Origin: Vitrella brassicaformis CCMP3155
Taxonomy: Eukaryota > Protista > Chromerida
NCBI GenBank assembly: GCA_001179505.1
Contig: CDMY01000646.1
Location: 186,001 to 250,000 of the forward strand
Length of the DNA stretch: 64,000 nt
Reading direction: 5' to 3'
Both the position numbers and the translations under genes were made by a program. The notes below the pieces were generated by a model that worked only from the letters and a program-made list of their open reading frames with translations, was not told the DNA's origin and ran no database searches. Below, piece by piece: positions 13,241 through 24,100 of this stretch. Numbering within the stretch: the stretch's first letter is position 1; every line of letters begins with the position of its first letter.

Positions 13241-14780
13241 ATGGACGACCAGGGCCGCCACCCCTTCCCTCCTCAGCATGATAGGAGCAGGTGCGCAGAC
13301 ATCGAGAATGGATGGATGGATGGAGGGATGGACAAATGCCACGCCCAATTGTGTGCTGCGCGTTGTTGTTGTTGTTGTTGTTGTGGTGGTGTTGTGGTCA
13401 GGTTTTCGATGCCGTACGCTTCGGGTTATTCGGATTTGCGCAAGACGAGGATGTGCAAGAACCGGCCGCCGTGCAGCCGGGGAGATGACTGCTGGTTCGC
13501 ACACAGCAACGAGGAGCTGAGGCCTTACCCATACCCACCTAGACCGCCACGCATGGGGCACACGGGTGATGACGACGGCCGTGTTGACACGGGGATTCGC
13601 CCACGCCCACACCGTCGGCCGTCGCATACCCTCCATAGCTCTGGCAACAGACAGCAGCAGCAGCAACACGGGTGAGCGAGTGGGGCTCATAACACTCGTA
13701 CGAAGCATATTTCAGCTTTTTGCCTGTTGTGTATTTGTTGGTTGCCTGGCCGGTGGATGCAGTCCTTCTCTCAGTGAGTCGCCTTCGGTCCCCATGCCGA
13801 CCATCCTGCCCCCTCCCCGCACCCTCAAGCCCACCCCTCACCCCGCTGTCTACTACCCACCCTCCACCACACACACCAACAACAGCAGCACCAACACCAG
13901 GACCAAACGCACCCAGTACAACAGCAGCAGACCCAAGAGCACTCGAGACAAAGGAGCGTCGCGTGCGGCTGTGGCAGAGTCGCGTGGGTGCGAGGTCAGC
14001 GGCGCCGGCAGCCGTCCATCGGACAGCAAGGCGGTGTGGTCGGGCTCGCAATCTCTCGCTGACGCCGCCGACGGTGAGGACCCCAGCCCTCTGTCGACTG
14101 AGGACTTCCCGCCCCTCCCCACGCAGACCACCAAGACCACCAAGCACAATCGCACAACGACCGATCGGCAGCGAGAGCAGACGGCAAATGAGACCCAGGA
14201 GGACCAGCAGGACACACCGCCGGGCAATGAGGAGGGAGAGCACCATCTGGCGAGCGGTGCAATAGCGGCAGCAGCAGCGGTGAAGGTCGTGGCTGTTTGT
14301 GACCACACCCAGCAGACCACTGCGTGTGACGAGGTGGATGGAGAGGGGGCAAGGATCGGCATAGCTACTGTGGGTGTCACCGGATGGGAGGGAGGAGGGC
14401 GTGCAGTGGGTGCCTTGTCGTCGACCAGCGAGATAGCGGTGCAGTGCGAGGGCTTGCCGGAGGAGGAGCCATCTGGAGGTGGAGGTCATGACGCCATCGC
14501 GGCCGTCTATTCCGCCACTGATCACTCCAACACACACCCGGCAGCCGTCATTGACCAGCAGTGGCAGCCAGAGGGGGGACACCAGCAGCCGATCATGGAA
14601 ATGCACGCCGTGCCGATGGTGCTGTCGGTGCTTCCTGGCGCTCATCAGGGCGAGAGCGTCTTCCCCTTCTCGCCAGATGCGGCTGCACCCACCAGCGCGT
14701 ATCCCCTTCCTCCGTCTGCTGATTACATGGATGTCTCGATGCCCGTGATCGATGTCGGACACGCCCCATCCCACCACCAG

Positions 14781-14811
<31 letters not shown>

Positions 14812-15603
14812 CCCCTCTGCACCACCAGACCTACAGCTGTAACTGCTACGCGTATCAGCCCCAGCCACACGGGCCGGATGTGCCGATGCCCAAGATCAAA
14901 TCGTTCGTGCCGTCCCAGCCGCTGGAGCTCACGGACGTTGGCGCAACACACCACACCACCGCCATCGACCATTATCCCCAGCACTATCCCCACCACCACC
15001 AGCAGCAGCCGCAGGTGTCGTTGGCCAACATCACCCCGCCTCCGCCCTTCCCCCCTCCCATGCTGACCACCGCGGACACCAACATGAACACATACCCGAT
15101 GACCACAGTGGACATCATCGCACCTGGGCCCAGCACGATGAGCACTGGGCAGCAGCAGCAGCAGCAGCATTCGGTGCCGCCACAGCCGGGGTTCGCCGCG
15201 TTTGAGACGGGGAGCATGGCTGCTGCTGCCATGGTGGTGGCTCAGATGCAGGTGGATGTCATGGCGCGTCAGGGGTGGCTGGGGGGAGGGGCAGGGGGCG
15301 GGATGGGGCAGTTTCATAGCAGCAGTAACGGCTTCGTGCCGCCTGTCGTCGATAGCAGCAGCCACAATGCGACCATGGCTCGCGAGGTGAGAAGGAAAAG
15401 CAGCGAAACATGGCACCCTGAGGTGAGATCTGTGTGTGTGTGTTCCTGTAGTGTGTGTCGAGTCACTTTCCTATGCCCCTGCACCTGCTAGGGCTGCAGA
15501 GAGTCATCACAGAGGAGGGTGAGTGAGCACACGCAACACGCCGGAATCCAACGAAATCCACCCACTGATTCACTCACTGTGTTGGTTTCGTTGTCAGATC
15601 TGA
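13241..15603 (+). CDS. CCCH zinc-finger protein with long Pro/Gln/Thr-rich disordered tail
   Basis: LRKTRMCKNRPPCSRGDDCWFAHSNEELR is a TIS11-like CCCH motif; phase-consistent introns link it to the 13566-15491 ORF. Confidence 0.75.
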
Positions 15604-17216
15604 TCAGTAGCACGCCCACGCACTACGAAGACTGACAGCCCACACACACAAGACGGAGAGGACATGGAAAGACGCTCGCGTGTAGTCTGATGCGGCCATG
15701 ATGATGATGATGATGGGTGGATGGCTCTTTCTGTCCAGTGTAAATACAGACAGACAGACAGACAGACAGGGACGTGATGACTGGGGGGAGGGGGGGGGGG
15801 GAGGGAGAGGAGATGCATGCATTCACTTCACGGCCTTGCATCTCGCTCGACGTGTGTACAGACGATGCTTCCGAGATGTCTGTGGCTGCGAGTGTATGCC
15901 TGTGGGAGTGTCTCCTCGTTTGTGTGGGAGTGTGTCGATACTTAGAGGGAGGGGAGGAGGGAGGAAAGGTGAAAGGGGAGGGTGCCCCCCTGCAGCAGCG
16001 AGCCAGCCAGCCAGCCTGCTCCCCCGCCGATGGACGGCCTCTTTGTTAGGGTAGCTGACGCCGACCCACACCTTTACAGTGACTTTCCCCGACTCAACCG
16101 CCAGGCTTATTCTTGTACTATCTCTTTCTGTGTCCGCTTGCCTTCCGATGGGTGGGTGAATTGGGGGAGGGGCAGGGGAGAGGGAGAGGGGGCAAATTCG
16201 AGAAGCAGTGTGTGCGTGCGTGTCGGTGCAGATTGCGTGGGGTTTGTGTGTGTGTGCGGTCGCATGTACGTGTTGTGAGCACTGCTCTACATGACGCTCT
16301 CTGGCAGAGACTTCCCTGTGTGGGTGTGTGTGCAGTCGATATGGAACACGTGTGTGGGGAGTGTGTGTGTGTGTGCATGGCGGATTTTTGTTGCTTTCTC
16401 GTCGTGCGTTGTGCGTGATGGTGTACATAAGACACATTCACGGCCTGCCATGATGCGAGTCAAGGTCAACAGTCGCACAAACACCACAGTGCTCCGTTTC
16501 CATCTGGCCCGCTGTCGCGTGAATTGGTCGTGGCAGTGGCAGGCGGATCACCAAGCACACACATCATGTGTTTGATGTGACATGAACTCGGCGACCCGCT
16601 CCCCACGCCCCCGACCAACCATGCTTCTCCCCCAACACCCCTCAGCTACCATCACCAGGACCCTCACAACACTCAGAAAAGTGGCTCCCTCATGTGATGC
16701 CTTGGTCCGTCATCGATTCTTCGCTGCCGCCATCGGCCAGGTAGGGAGCCGATTGACAAGGCTGCAATCGGCTCCCGACCTTGCTGTGAGCGACATGAAG
16801 GAATCGAGGGTAGACGATAGCGAACGATAGCACACACCTCCCCTCGGTCGGAATCAACAAAGCGACACACGTATGCAGTGACGCACGCACAACTGGTCAT
16901 ATGTGTGACTTCCTCATCATGCAATTCACGTCACCCTCTCTGCTCGGTGTGACACGAAGCGCATGAGAAGGATGTCACGCATATGACCAAGTGTGCGTGC
17001 ATCTGCCTGCCTACAGCTACCTCAGCCTCTCTGCTTGGTATGTGAGGAAAAGAATCGACGGACAGACAACCGATGGCTCCACAGCTCGCTCCGTGGTGTC
17101 CTCAGCAGGCGAGAATCCTCTCAACGACTAAATGGCCACCCGTGTGCTGTCTTGTCGCACTGTGTGGCGGGCGATGTCCGACAACCAGCAGCAAAACGGC
17201 GTCCATCCCGACCTGC

Positions 17217-17249
<33 letters not shown>

Positions 17250-17749
17250 GACAGGTCAAGCCACATCACCAACACGAAGGCCATGCATCCATGTCTGTCT
17301 GTCTGTCTGGTCACTGCTATGGTCAGCATGTTCTAGGCGGTTATCCTCAGCTCCACGTTGGTGGAGTAGGAAGAATAACGCACGATTGGTTGGTTCATCA
17401 TACAACAGGCCACTTCCTGACTGATCTCTGACTGCAAGGCCACCCCACCCTCCTTCATAGACGCACCTGGAGGGTCCTGGTGGCGCCACAACAACACATG
17501 CACCTGAGAGATGGGGATGCAAAGGCGATAAAAGGCATCACAGTTCATGGAGCGTGTGTGTGCGCAAGTGCCCACCGGAAAGAGAGGCGGCGTCACTCAG
17601 CAAGTGGAGAGGAGGACCGAAGGAGGGCAGTCCATTGATGTGAAGCCGTCGGGAGCTCCGCTTGACAATGTTCATTCCGCAGCGTCATCCACTCGACATC
17701 ACCGCGTCGTCGGCACAGATCTCGAAGCAAGCCCTCCCAGCGCCTCACA

Positions 17750-17774
17750 AGCTCGCAGCATTTTTGAGCTCGCA
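17750..17774 (+). promoter_or_regulatory. Tandem pair of AGCTCGCA elements
   Basis: Exact copies at 17750-17757 and 17767-17774, about 40-60 nt upstream of the RPL22 ATG. Confidence 0.45.
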
Positions 17775-17812
17775 CGAAGATCTGGCTGCCCTGTTGGCTA
17801 CGTGTGGTCACA

Positions 17813-18321
17813 ATGGTGAAGAGCGTGCCGGGGAAGAAGAAAACAGGGCCCAAAGAGAAGCGGCCGCGGCAGACCTTCATCGTCGAATGCCAGCAGCCGG
17901 TGAGCGCACTGGACGGCAGTGAGGGGAGGGAGGGAGGGACAGTCAGAGGGGTAGAAAGCCATGGGGGAAAGCCGCGTGTCGCGGGGAGGCCGATATCACG
18001 CTGTTGGTGCCTCCGATATGTGTGTGTCAGGTTGAGGACAACATCTTGGACGCGGCAGGCCTTGAGCAGTTCTTCAAGAGCAAGATCAAGGTGGACAACA
18101 AGACGGGCAACCTGGGTGAGAAGGTGATTGTGACCCGGGAGAAGACGCGCGTCAACGTCAATGTGGAGCTGCCGTTCTCGAAGCGGTACCTCAAGTACCT
18201 GACCAAGAAGTACCTCAAGAAGCAGCAGCTGCGGGACTTCCTGCACGTCATCGCGCCAATCAAGAACAAGTACGAGCTCAGGTACTTCAACATCAACGCC
18301 GAGGACGCTGATGAGGACTAG
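17813..18321 (+). CDS. RPL22: 60S ribosomal protein L22 (eL22), 2 exons
   Basis: F(I)VECQQPVEDNILD...[12 protein letters not shown]...[27 protein letters not shown]...YELRYFNI; intron 17900-18030. Confidence 0.98.
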
Positions 18322-18588
18322 TCAGTGTGGCGGTGCACATGATGTAGTGTGGCTGACCCGCTGGCTCCGTGTGTGGGTGGGTTCGGTGTGTGATTGGATG
18401 ATGCGACACTTCCGTGTTTGTGCTCTCAATGATTGATTCACTTTCACATGGTCGGTCTGTTCGTTCGTTGGTCGGTTCGTTCGTCGGTCACTGAGGTCTT
18501 AGTGTCATCTCTCTTCCGTGTCTGTCTGTCTGTCTGTCTGTATGTCGTTCCATCCGCCCATCACTCATTCATTGGCTCATTCATTCAT

Positions 18589-19223
18589 TCACGGCAGTCC
18601 GGTGAGCTGTCTTCTGTATGCGTCACTGACGATGGCCTCCGGTGTGGCGATGAAATTTCCCTCAGCCTCCCCATCGTCAGCGCCATACACCTAGTAATGA
18701 CACAGGCACCGCACAAGTGGACAACACAGGTATGGCTCTCTGCGTGTGTGTGTGTGCAGGTGATAGCTTACCTTTGCGGCAGCGGCTTGTCTGATGCGGG
18801 CCATGGCGTGGTTGATCTCGCGGAGCGAGTGCAGCAGCCGATAGCCGCAGTCGTTGTCCTCGCGGCGACGCTCGCGCATCCGCTCCGCCAGCAAGACTGA
18901 CACAAACACTCATCCAGCCAACACACGTGGCCACATGCCACCTCATGGATGTGTCTCTCTCGTTCACCTGATGTGTCTGACGCCTGTTTGAGTGCCTTGT
19001 CGAGGTCTTTGGCGCCGTACTTGGGCACGGTGTATGCGATTCGCACGGGGACGGGCTCGCTGGCCTGGCGGACGTCCTGGTAGTCGAGTCGGTAGAGGGG
19101 GTGGTTGGAGGTCGAGGGCGACAGCAGACGCTGTGCCAGGGGCAGGGCGCCGTCACACACCACCAGCGACACAGCCAGACACGTGGCAGCGGCAGCGAGA
19201 CACGCGCGAGACGACACCATCAT
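18589..19223 (-). CDS. Small putatively secreted protein, 3 exons
   Basis: Signal-peptide-like N-terminus MMVSSRACLAAAATCLAVSLVVCDG; two in-phase introns give ...YRLDYQDVRQ...REDNDCGYRLLHSLREIN...DAYRRQLTGLP*. Confidence 0.65.
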
Positions 19224-20516
19224 GCTCGGCCTGATCCTTGTCTGATTGGCTGACTGGTCGAATGATTGTCTTTCCTTTCCTCTCAAACAGCCGTGTACAC
19301 AGACGTGTGTGATGTGTGTGTACACATCGGCTGTTTGTATGCGTCTGTTTCCTTCACTAGTCAAGAGAACCATGTCAGCGCTGCTCAGAACAATGGTGTC
19401 TCTCGGCCTCGTCTGCAGCGCAAATGTGAGTGAGCTGACACAGAGACAGAAGAAAGGCTCATTTGCTCACTGTCTGTGTCTCTGGTTGTTCTTTCATCAG
19501 AGTGTCTGGCAGCTGGCGGCTCACTTGTTGGTGAGTTTCGATGTGGTGTGCAGAAGCACCGCCGCCATCGACTGCTGGGCGGAGGTCTCCCCCTGCCAGC
19601 TGTGCGTCCGATGGGCAAACGGCCACGAGTGCTCGCCCGACGTGAGTGAGGGCGCCAACACCGTCCTGCTGCCGTCGACCCACACAGACGCACACCTCCA
19701 GCTGTCATGCAAACACGCAGGTGGGTGGGCTGTCACTCGAGTGTCCTCATTCGTGTGTGTAATGCCTGCTTCTGCAGATGTGTTCGTCCAAGCGGGTGCC
19801 AGTGAGGAGCCACAACACACTCTGCCCATCACCAAGGTCAGTCATCGAAATGAGACACACGAAAAGTTAACCCACACTCTCACTCTTGTGTGTGTCGAAT
19901 GGCTGCAGGCACTGCAGAGCTCCTCGTCGTCGCCATCGATCTATGTCTACCCCATCTGCCCCGCAGTGACCTCAAATGAACAGACTCATGAGCAGACAAC
20001 TGGGCGACACGGTTCATGGAGGCACACGCTTGGCGCGCTGTGGTGCTTTGTGTGGAGTGTGGCCTTCTTACAAGCGCCACGCACTTACACACTGTGGCAC
20101 AAGCGCAGCAAAAGCTGACGAGACACTGTGCATGTCTGTCCATCAATCAACCACAGTTGCCTGCGTGACGTGACTGTAAATGTTGATTGAGTCTTCGGGA
20201 ATGGAATGGGAGCGTCTCCACAGGCAGCCAGCTGTGCCAACTATGAAGTTTGTGCGCTGCCGTCCGACTGTCTTGTCTTGCTGACTGTCTTGTGTGTGTG
20301 TGTGCTGCATCAATTGCATGCTGTATGTGGAGTGATCACTAGTCAATGGAATGGGCGGATTGATTATGCGATGGATGGCTGATGGATGAAGGACTGAATC
20401 ACGTCACAGCACAGCACACACAGCACACACCGCACGACGTCAGGGCCCACCTGTCGGTCGGCTGCCTGCTGCCTGTCTACCTTGTTTCCTCTCGTGTTGC
20501 CTTGTCTGTCTCGTCC

Positions 20517-20812
20517 TGTCCTCGCTGGTCTTCCCTTTCCTTCTCTTGTCCTCTGTGCGTGTGTGTGTGTGTGTGCGCGTGGTGATGCCTCCGAATGGCT
20601 AAGGCAGCACGTCTCACTCTTTCTGAATCACTCACTTACTCGGTGACACCCAGGCAGAGAGGCAGCCAGGCGGCCAGGCAGCACACAGACGGACGTGCGA
20701 GGGTGCCGATGGATGCCATTGGATGGATGGCACGAGAGCCAGCAGGCGGTGGTTGGGAGACAAACGGACCGACGAATTGACGATTATATGAACTTTTTGG
20801 GTGAAGCAATCT
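20517..20812 (+). repeat. Dispersed repeat copy A (inverted copy at 54503-54779)
   Basis: Long near-identical reverse-complement match, e.g. ggtgatgcctccgaatggctaaggcagcacg...gacgaattgacgatta.atgaactttttgggtgaagca. Confidence 0.9.
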
Positions 20813-20900
20813 CTCATTCAATTTGCAATCAGTGAAGCCATCCACTGCAATGAATCGTTCATTCGTTTCTTGGAACACACAAACGGTCACTATTTCGCAC

Positions 20901-20908
20901 TGCGAGCT
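20901..20908 (-). promoter_or_regulatory. AGCTCGCA element (TGCGAGCT on +)
   Basis: About 230 nt upstream of the ATG at 21132. Confidence 0.35.
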
Positions 20909-21131
20909 GCGTGGCTGTCACTTGGCCACTCACTTAGATCTGCGCCTCATGTGTGCCGTGGCTTCACACGTGCGGCCCCTCACTCAAAAGTCGCGTTGCC
21001 TGCGACAATAACATCAGCAGGTGAGGCAACACACCGCTGCCACAGATCACACCATGACCCTCCGAGGCGCTGCTTGTGGTCTCTGTTGCAGCCCAGGGCG
21101 AGGCGGATCTGCCCTTCTTCCGCCTGAGTGA

Positions 21132-24100
21132 ATGGAAGGCGCCGAAGACGTCCCTGCCGCTTCATCGGCATCTGCGCAGACCGGAGTGATGGACACGGCC
21201 GCAGTGCAGTCCACATCCAAAGCACAGAGGAAAAGGGCGAAAAAGGTACGCCTACACACGACCAGGCACAAACACTGATTGGCCATGAGCAAGTATGCTT
21301 GTGTGTGTGTGCATCAGGCCAAGAAGCGTGGTGCTGCCCTTGAGGCGAGTCAGGATGGTCGTGAGGCTGATGAGGCAGCTCCACCGATTGCGATTGCGGC
21401 AGACACACCACCTGTGAGGAAACGCACGGACGCCGTGGCCAAGTCGTCGAAGCCTGAGAAGTCTTCACCTTTAGCCGAGCTCCTTGCAGATGCGCCTCGC
21501 ACCAGCAGCCTCCTCAACTCATCTGATGCCACTTGCCCAATCAGCATCGAAGCCATCCTCAGCGGAACGTCCGAGCCGCTTCATGCCGCTTTACCAACTG
21601 AGGTGGCTTCTCTGTGATAGCGTCTGCGCAGCCATCGATCTTGCCACACTGCGGGAGGCGGGGAGGAATGGGAGGCTCGACGTGTGTGTGAAGGCCGTGC
21701 GTGAGGCGGCTGAGCAGATGGCGTCTGAGGCGCATCTGCAGAGGGTGCTGTCGGTCAAGATGTGGCGGTTTCTCGTGACCCTCATCGAGGACATCGCCAA
21801 TCAGCTGGATGTGAGCAAGGGAGGAAGCGGCAAGGAACGTGGCTTCACTCATGCATTGCCATGTCGTTGTCGTGTCGATCAGGCTGACTTTGCTTCCTTC
21901 GTCCAAGCCATCAAGGCAATGCGGCCGTCTGCCAGGAGTCCATCCAACCAGCCGACGAGACAACCATCCGCCACCCGTCTGCCCATCTTCCCCCCGGACA
22001 TCGACCCCGCCCAGCTGGTACTGCAGCACTCCCCGTCGCCCTACCACCGATTCGCCGGGGCACGTTTGCTCCCTGCTGACGGCCTCATGCGGCTGCTGGA
22101 GCTCTTCCGAGTCGACAAAGGGCCGATCACCGCAGCGGGCTCCTACACGTGGGACATGTTCCTCGACGAGTATTTGGCTGCTGACTGTGCACTGGGAGAG
22201 GGAGAGGGCCACAAGCGTCCTGGCTCATTCACCGTGAGCGGTGCCACAGGCTCACTCGCGGCCCTCAACGGCAGCTATGTCATCCGCCCCACAGCCGAGG
22301 AGCAGACGACGCTCGTGGCGCCGCCGGATGGCGCACTCGCCTATGTGGGTGAGGGGATTGTGTTCGAGCGCCTGGTTGCCCCGACCGATGAGACGACCCC
22401 AGTCGATACGAGAGTCGTGTGGGTGGCGTACGAGCCAGCGACTGCCCAGCGATCGGCCCCTCGCCTGCTTGCCGTCGGTCCCGGCCGCAACGGCCTGCCC
22501 TTTGGGTCGTTCCCAACGCACCCGGCTGTTTCATCGCCCGCTTTCGAGACGGAGCAGTTCTACACTGTTGAGGGAGCTCAGCTCGTTCCGATCGATCCCA
22601 TCTACATTACCGCCGCCCTCCCACTCGACTTTTACGTCCCGCGTTCGAGGTTCGACCCGACAACACTTGAGGTCGATCCGATATTGTCCATGCCTTCCCG
22701 CGCATCCATAGCCTGTGCCGCCATCGGCGACTATCTCGATGCCCTGCCAGGGTCAGACACCCAGCCCGTGGCCTACTACCTGCTCGATTGCGTCGTGAAA
22801 AGACTTCCGCGTTCTGTTTATGACCCCGAGCCTCTCTTCCCTGATTTGCCGACATGTCAGCCTGTTCCCGTCAGCAAGCGGCCCTTGCTCGTGCGCGATG
22901 GTGAGGCAGATATCCGTCGCGGGCCGTGGGGCTTGATGCGTCTCTCGGACGACGCGGCGCGACGACCCTTCACGCAGTGGCCCACCATTGCACTAGTTAG
23001 CCTGATGGGCGCTGGTGGGTCAGTCGATGAGCCGTTCAAAGGCGGGCTGGTTGCTGTGGTGCGGTCGGAGCTCACGAGCAGTACCACCTGCATGGGTGGG
23101 TGTGGTGCCCGGCCGGATGTGGGCAGGCCAGCCGGCGATATGCCCTTGGTGCACACTGTCGGAGGCACGACCGCTGAGCAGGACCTCGAGTACCTGAGAA
23201 CGACAAAGGGCGTGTGGACGTGCTGGGGTGACTCGCTGGACAAGCTGGTCTGCGGCAATTGCTGGAACGAGAGAATTTGGGGCATGACGAGGTCCCTCCT
23301 CAGTAGCTTCATCGCCGACCTTGCTGAAAGGTCCGAAGATATGAGCCAGCCAGCCAGCCACTCACTGATCCTGACGTGCCTTTCACTCATAAATGTGTTG
23401 CTTGATGCGTGTAGGGACGATGACGCGTCGAGCGCCGATGCTAGTGGCGCAGGTGGTGACGCGGGTCTGACTACTCGTCCAAACACGAGGCAAGAAAGCA
23501 CTCGAGAACACGTAACCCGCTCTCGCAGAACCTGTCTCTCCCTTTCGTCTCTTCGCAGTGGCATTGCTACGTCTTCCGCGAGGTTGCTGCTCGCAGCGTC
23601 CCCGATGTCCGCCTCTGGCATCCAGCAGGGCATCTCAGCCGCCAGCGCATCTGCAGCCGCGCCGTCAATCCCTCTCACCACGCAGCGGCAGCAGCCGGAC
23701 ACGGGCCAAGCAGACACCGGCCCCGCAGCGTCGTCTGCATCAGAGGCCGGCCCGGTCCCTGCCAAAGACATGTCGACAGCCATGCCCCCAAGCATGCCTC
23801 CGCAAGACACTGCCCGAGATGAGACCACTCTTTGCCACGCATCCTCACCAGAGGCAGGGGGTGACCCAGTCGGCATGAAGGAGGGGTCCAAAGCGGTGCC
23901 TCAGGCCTCGTCAGCTGCTATGGATGCCAGCGGCTCCGTGAGCATCGAGTCGGCCTATGGCAACACTCAGTACGTCAGGGACCGGCTGACACGGGAGGGT
24001 CCATGGGAGTGCGGTGTGGACCTGCGAGCGGTCTTCGAGGAGCTCGCCCAGAAATTCACGGACAGTCCCTTCGGGCCTGTCTTCAGACTGAAACGCATTA

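Noticed and set aside
14781-14809. Poly-C run and nearby G-runs (15780-15810) as G-quadruplex or slippage signals
   Set aside because: The poly-C run encodes in-frame polyproline, and such runs are common in this genome.
13539-15416. 625-aa antisense ORF over the CCCH gene
   Set aside because: Shadow ORF of a GC-rich low-complexity exon; no motifs or splice support.
17593-18246. 217-aa antisense ORF over RPL22
   Set aside because: Explained by the strong codon bias of a highly expressed gene.
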